This document shows positions 59,193-64,000 of a DNA stretch of 64,000 nucleotides, piece after piece. The notes under the pieces were generated by a model. That model ran no database searches. It was given only the letters and a program-made list of their open reading frames with translations, and had not been told where the DNA came from. Source of the DNA: an uncultured Pelagibacteraceae bacterium (lineage in GTDB: Bacteria > Pseudomonadota > Alphaproteobacteria > Pelagibacterales > Pelagibacteraceae); the NCBI GenBank assembly GCA_902604055.1, contig CACKXA010000001.1, forward strand, positions 10,789 to 74,788, read 5' to 3'. Made by a program: the position numbers and the translations under genes. The first letter of the stretch is position 1, and each line of letters begins with the position of its first letter.

Positions 59193-60059
59193 ATGAATAC
59201 ATCTTCAAAATTAAAAGTTTTTTTAATAATATTTTTTATAGCTATCTTTGCTGTGATAGCGGCTAGACATTTTATTGGTCTACATTTTAAAAAAAAATTT
59301 AGCGTAAGACCAGCGCCTGGAGTTATTGTAACTAAAGTTGAAAAATCTCTTTTTTATAAGAGTATCGAAACTTTTGGAACAGCTATCGCTCAAAAATCTA
59401 AAACATATAGAGTCAGGAAAGATGATATAGTAGGAAATTTGAAAATTGATAATAGATTTGTAAAAAAGGGAGAAGTAATAATTGCATTAAAAGATGAAAA
59501 AAATATTGTCGCCGATTTTGAAGGTAAGATCGGAAAAAGAGAAATTGCACAAGGTGTTCTTGGATCTAGCAGTTTAATTATAACGCTAGATGATTTAAAA
59601 AAAATTGTGATAGATATTAAAGTTCCTGAGAACTATGTCGGTATTTTAAAACCTGGTCTTAAAGCAGAAATTATAAATTCGGCTTTTAATAAAACTTTTA
59701 AAGGAAAAATAGACTCGATTAGTTCAAGAATAGATCCTTCCACTCGCTCTATATTAGCTAGAATTATTGTAGATAATTCAAATTTTGAAATTATACCGGG
59801 ACAATTAATGACTGTGAAAGTAATTTATGATGAAGTAAATCAAATTGGAGTGCCAGAAAGTGCAGTCACAATTCAAGGAAATACTGCATTTGTTTATATC
59901 GTTAATGCCGGAACAGCTGAAAAGAAAAATATAAAGTTAGGAAAAAGAAATTTTGGAAAAGTGTCCGTTATTTCAGGTCTAGAGCAGGGTAGTACTGTTA
60001 TAAGCGAAGGTGTATCAAAAGTAAGAAATAAATCTAAAGTTAAAATTATAAATAAATAA
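59193..60059 (+). CDS. RND periplasmic adaptor (MFP)
   Basis: TM anchor, VKKG lipoyl half, VPE, RIDPSTR, PG..M, GL..G..V...G. Confidence 0.88.
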   Translation: MNTSSKLKVFLIIFFIAIFAVIAARHFIGLHFKKKFSVRPAPGVIVTKVEKSLFYKSIETFGTAIAQKSKTYRVRKDDIVGNLKIDNRFVKKGEVIIALKDEKNIVADFEGKIGKREIAQGVLGSSSLIITLDDLKKIVIDIKVPENYVGILKPGLKAEIINSAFNKTFKGKIDSISSRIDPSTRSILARIIVDNSNFEIIPGQLMTVKVIYDEVNQIGVPESAVTIQGNTAFVYIVNAGTAEKKNIKLGKRNFGKVSVISGLEQGSTVISEGVSKVRNKSKVKIINK

Positions 60060-60060
60060 A

Positions 60061-63000
60061 ATGTTTTTAACTGACCTATCAATTAAAAGACCTGTCGTGG
60101 CATCTGTCATGAGTTTGGTGCTTGTTATTTTTGGATTAGTAACTTTTCAAGAAATACCAACTGATGAACTGCCTGATGTACAGCCTCCTGTGGTAACCAT
60201 CCAAACAGATTATAGAGGAGCATCCGCAGAAGTGGTTGATACTCAAATTACTCAAAAGATAGAAGATTTTGTTGGAGGTACTCCAGGATTGGAAACTATA
60301 GACTCATTTAGTGAAGATGAAAGTTCTAGAATCACTTTAACCTTTGAAACAAACTTGGACCTCGATGATGTAGCAAATGATGTAAGAAGTTCTGTCTCAA
60401 GAGTATTGGACAATCTACCAGAAGGAGCCGATCAACCTGAAATATTTAAACAAAGTGCAGGGATGAGAACGACTATGTGGTTATCTTTTAATTCTCAAAC
60501 AATGACTGATCTAGAACTAACTGATTATGCTGATAGATACTTAACTGATATTTTTTCTACAGTTAACGGTGTGGGTAGAGTACGATTAGGAGGTGAGAGA
60601 GAACTTTCTTTGAGAGTTTGGTTAGATCCAATAGCTTTAGCAGCCAGAGATATAACCACACAAGAAGTAGAAGAAGTTTTAAAAAAAGAAAATGTAGAAT
60701 TTCCTGCAGGAAGAATAGAATCTAAAGATATCGATTTAACTATTAAATTAGATAAAGCTTATAAAAATTTAGAAAATTATAAAAAACTTCCTCTTAAAAG
60801 AGCTAGGGATGGTTCTATCATTACTCTTAATGATGTTTCTAGAGTAGAATTAGGAGCTGAGTCTACAAGAACATTATTTAAAGGGAATGGAAAACAAGTT
60901 GTAGGTATAGGAATTTATCAACAATCCGATGCAAATACGATTGCAGTAGCAAATGGAATTAAAAAGAAAATTAAAGAAATAAGACCAACACTGCCACCAA
61001 GTACAACACTTGAAGTATCGTTTGATAGAAGTAATTATATTAAGGCTGCTATTAATGAGGTTTATAAAACATTAATTATTGCTCTTATCCTGGTCACAAT
61101 AATAATTTATTTATTCTTGGGAAATATAAGGGCACTAGTAGTACCTTTGATTGCCCTACCAGTTTCTTTGATCTCAACCTTTCTATCTATCTATATATTT
61201 GGTTTTTCTATAAATCTTTTTACGCTCATGGCGCTAGTTTTAGCTATAGGAATTGTAGTAGATGATGCAATTGTGATGTTAGAGAACATTGTTAGAAGAA
61301 TAGAAATGGGTGACAGCCCATTAGTTGCAGCATATAAAGGAGCAAAACAGGTATCGTTTGCAATAATTGCAACAACGGTTGTGTTAGTTGCTGTATTTAT
61401 TCCTTTAATCTTCATTAAAGGTATTACAGGTGTTTTATTTACTCAGACAGCAGTTACTTTAGCTTCTGCAGTGGTAATATCAAGTTTTGTTGCCCTCTCT
61501 TTAAGCCCAATGCTTGGTAGTAAATTTCTTAAAAAAAATATGAATAAATCCAAGATTATATTGAAATTTGAAAAATTTTTAAAAAATTTAACTCAACTTT
61601 ATAAGATATCACTTCTTGGCTGGATAAAGAAAAAAAAGATTATTACATCTTTTTTAGTTGGTACTCTTGTTTTAACCATCTTCTTATTCAACTTCGCACC
61701 GAAAGAGTTAATAGCCCCAGAGGATAGAGGAGCTTTCTTTGTAGTTATTAAAGCTCCACAAGGTTCAGGTTTTAATTTTACAAAAACTAAAGCTGAGGAA
61801 ATTGAAAAGCTTTTGCTGCCTAATGTCGGTAAGGGAGAATATAGAAAACTTATCATGAGAGTGCCTGGGTTTGGAAAATCTGCAAAACAAGTTAATAGCG
61901 GATTTATTATTGTACTCCTAGAACCTTGGTCAAAAAGAGACCGCCATGGAGTAAAGATTATGAGAGAGTCTTTTGGAAAAATAGGTAGAGTTCCAGGTGT
62001 GCTTGCCTTTCCAATTATGCCCCAAGGAATAAGAACTGGTGGAATAGAGAGTCCTGTTCAATTTGTTATTTTAGGAAATACTTATGATCAATTAATTCAA
62101 TGGAAGGAAATTATTAAGAAAGAGGCTAGAAAAAATCCAGGCTTAGTATCAATACAGGATGATTTTGATTTAAATAAACCACAACTTAATGTCCAAATAA
62201 ATCAAAAAAAGGCAGCTGATTTAGGAGTATCAACTGAAGATATAGGTAGAACAATAGAAACTATTTTTGGGTCAAAAAGAGTTACTAATTTTACTCAAGA
62301 CGGAAAAGAATATTCTATAATTCTTCAAGGAGATATCAAAGACAGAAGAGAACCTGACAGTATAAGTAAGGTTTTTGTAAGATCAAAAAATAACGGAAAA
62401 CTTGTTTCTATTTCTAATTTGGTTGAATACAATGAAGAAGGACAGTCACCTTTTTTAGCAAGATATAACAGGCAAAAAGCTGTTACAATTTCTGCAAGAC
62501 TTGTTGGTGATTACTCGCTTGATGAAGCCTTAAAGTTTTTGGTAAAAGTGGTTAAAGATAATACTCCTGATGCAAAAATAGCTTATAAAGGTGAGAGTGA
62601 AGAGTATAAAAAAACAAACAATGAGTTGTACATTATTTTTGCTTTAGCATTAATAACTGCATATCTTGCAATGTGTGCTCAATTTGAAAGCTGGAAACAT
62701 CCTCTAACAATTATGTTAACCGTCCCAATGGCTATTTTAGGAGGTTTGTTAGGTCTCCTAGTCGTAGGATCTTCCTTGAACGTTTATAGTCAAATAGCTT
62801 TGATAATATTAATAGGTTTATCTGCAAAAAATGGAATTTTAATCGTAGAATTTGCAAATCAATTAAGAAAAGAGGGAAAAAATTTAGAAGTAGCGGTTTT
62901 CGAAGCAGCTTCTATAAGATTAAGACCTATATTAATGACAAGTTTATCTACTATTATAGGTGTATTGCCTCTAATTATAAGTTTTGGTCCTGGTGCTGCT

Positions 63001-63156
63001 AGCAGACTTACAGTAGGAATTACAATATTTGCAGGAATGATTTTTTCTACTTTTTTTACTCTATATGTAATACCTACTATTTATACAGTTGTTGGAAAAA
63101 ATACGCAAAGAATTGACGCTATAGAAATTGAGCTGAATAAACAGCTTAAAAAATAA
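60061..63156 (+). CDS. RND efflux permease (AcrB/MdtC-like)
   Basis: IKRPV, GIVVDDAIV.LEN, KNGILIVEFA, RLRPILMT. Confidence 0.96.
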   Translation: MFLTDLSIKRPVVASVMSLVLVIFGLVTFQEIPTDELPDVQPPVVTIQTDYRGASAEVVDTQITQKIEDFVGGTPGLETIDSFSEDESSRITLTFETNLDLDDVANDVRSSVSRVLDNLPEGADQPEIFKQSAGMRTTMWLSFNSQTMTDLELTDYADRYLTDIFSTVNGVGRVRLGGERELSLRVWLDPIALAARDITTQEVEEVLKKENVEFPAGRIESKDIDLTIKLDKAYKNLENYKKLPLKRARDGSIITLNDVSRVELGAESTRTLFKGNGKQVVGIGIYQQSDANTIAVANGIKKKIKEIRPTLPPSTTLEVSFDRSNYIKAAINEVYKTLIIALILVTIIIYLFLGNIRALVVPLIALPVSLISTFLSIYIFGFSINLFTLMALVLAIGIVVDDAIVMLENIVRRIEMGDSPLVAAYKGAKQVSFAIIATTVVLVAVFIPLIFIKGITGVLFTQTAVTLASAVVISSFVALSLSPMLGSKFLKKNMNKSKIILKFEKFLKNLTQLYKISLLGWIKKKKIITSFLVGTLVLTIFLFNFAPKELIAPEDRGAFFVVIKAPQGSGFNFTKTKAEEIEKLLLPNVGKGEYRKLIMRVPGFGKSAKQVNSGFIIVLLEPWSKRDRHGVKIMRESFGKIGRVPGVLAFPIMPQGIRTGGIESPVQFVILGNTYDQLIQWKEIIKKEARKNPGLVSIQDDFDLNKPQLNVQINQKKAADLGVSTEDIGRTIETIFGSKRVTNFTQDGKEYSIILQGDIKDRREPDSISKVFVRSKNNGKLVSISNLVEYNEEGQSPFLARYNRQKAVTISARLVGDYSLDEALKFLVKVVKDNTPDAKIAYKGESEEYKKTNNELYIIFALALITAYLAMCAQFESWKHPLTIMLTVPMAILGGLLGLLVVGSSLNVYSQIALIILIGLSAKNGILIVEFANQLRKEGKNLEVAVFEAASIRLRPILMTSLSTIIGVLPLIISFGPGAASRLTVGITIFAGMIFSTFFTLYVIPTIYTVVGKNTQRIDAIEIELNKQLKK

Positions 63157-63745
63157 TATATTTATTCTTATCTAAATTTTTTTTACAAAGAGTAAGTTGT
63201 TTTCTATATTTACTTGCCAATTCTTTAACTGATTTAGCATATATTATAGCTTTTTTATCTTTGGCATAATTTTTATAATCACCCCAGCCCTTATAGTAAG
63301 CTAAATACTGTCTATAAGCATCTTTCTTCGATATCTTCAATATCTTAGAAGTTTTATTAATATACCAGCCTATAAAATCTACTGAATCTTTAAAACGAGC
63401 TCTTGTTGCTAGAGGATTGTCTGTTTCTTTTTTATATTGACTCCAAGTACCCTCAACTGCTTGGGAGTAACCAAATGAACTAGATGGTCTTTTAAAAGGT
63501 ATGACTTTAAATAGTTTTCTTCTAGGGGGTTTAGCTAGCCAATTGAAATCACTTTCTTTTTTTATAAAAGCAAGCTGTAAGTGAATAGGCGCTCCCCATC
63601 TCTCAGATGAAGCTTTTGCATGTTTGTACCAAAGATATCTTTCTTCAAAGATTGCACAGCTGTTTTGGGTATTTTTTGGAATTGAAGAGCATGCTGCTAT
63701 TGCTAGAAAAATTCCAAAAAATATAATTTTTTTTAAAAGAATCAT
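63146..63745 (-). CDS. Lipoprotein with an SLT-like lytic transglycosylase domain
   Basis: IAAC lipobox, ES.F, SS.GYSQA, YLAY..G. Confidence 0.8.
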   Translation of the reverse strand: MILLKKIIFFGIFLAIAACSSIPKNTQNSCAIFEERYLWYKHAKASSERWGAPIHLQLAFIKKESDFNWLAKPPRRKLFKVIPFKRPSSSFGYSQAVEGTWSQYKKETDNPLATRARFKDSVDFIGWYINKTSKILKISKKDAYRQYLAYYKGWGDYKNYAKDKKAIIYAKSVKELASKYRKQLTLCKKNLDKNKYIIF

Positions 63746-63764
63746 TTCTAAATCATATAAGAAA

Positions 63765-64000
63765 TTAATTCAGCTTTCTCCATTTTTCTGGCTTAATGAA
63801 TGTTCCTTTCCACAAACCCAATTTTTCTTCTTTTGCAAAATTTTCATCAAGTACATATTGTTTTGAATATTTTCTATAAGCTACTGCGTAACCATTGCGA
63901 ACCATCCATCTATTCAAATTGACGGTATCTTTTATACATTTGGCTAAATATCTTTTATATCTATCTTTGCCCAATAAAATACATTTTACTGACTTATTCC
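63765..64000 (-). CDS. Thermonuclease (SNase) family protein, 5' end outside the window
   Basis: DRYKR.LA.C, N..MV.NG.A, E..AK..KLGLW. Confidence 0.88.
   Translation of the reverse strand, partial: NKSVKCILLGKDRYKRYLAKCIKDTVNLNRWMVRNGYAVAYRKYSKQYVLDENFAKEEKLGLWKGTFIKPEKWRKLN

Noticed and set aside
1549-63866. Many short ORFs in the track that are antisense or nested (e.g. 2431-2721, 28627-29058, 48956-49345, 54706-55068)
   Set aside because: They are shadow frames of well-supported genes, with no motifs or RBS.

Overview
AT-rich, gene-dense bacterial chromosome window. Gene order, tiny intergenic gaps, the glycine-riboswitch-glcB pair and gcrA/argD synteny point to a Pelagibacter (SAR11, Alphaproteobacteria) genome; this assignment is an inference from sequence features. 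The window is mostly core genes: accA, glcB, recR-ebfC-dnaX-ffs, pheA, kdsB, argFD, gcrA, zur-znuBCA, rnd-kdsD-lptC-lptB-aroA-cmk-rpsA-ihfB-pyrF-trpBA-accD-folC, trxA, rlmN, purKE, cfa, ptrB, msrA, sseA and an RND pump. I saw no tRNA, rRNA, integrase, transposase or CRISPR array. Two things stand out. (1) An accessory locus at about 31-40 kb: a consensus sigma70 promoter and structured leader precede a Zn-finger / GHKL-HExxH / DUF6569(ARPP-1)-like / RmuC / ExoI gene run, divergent from a WGR protein and a TM0106-type nuclease-helicase. It is a candidate uncharacterised conflict or DNA-processing system. (2) Around it, about 33 kb of intact housekeeping genes repeatedly carry substitutions in motifs that are normally near-invariant, while genes at the window ends look canonical. 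All family calls come from motif recognition by eye; no database searches were run.
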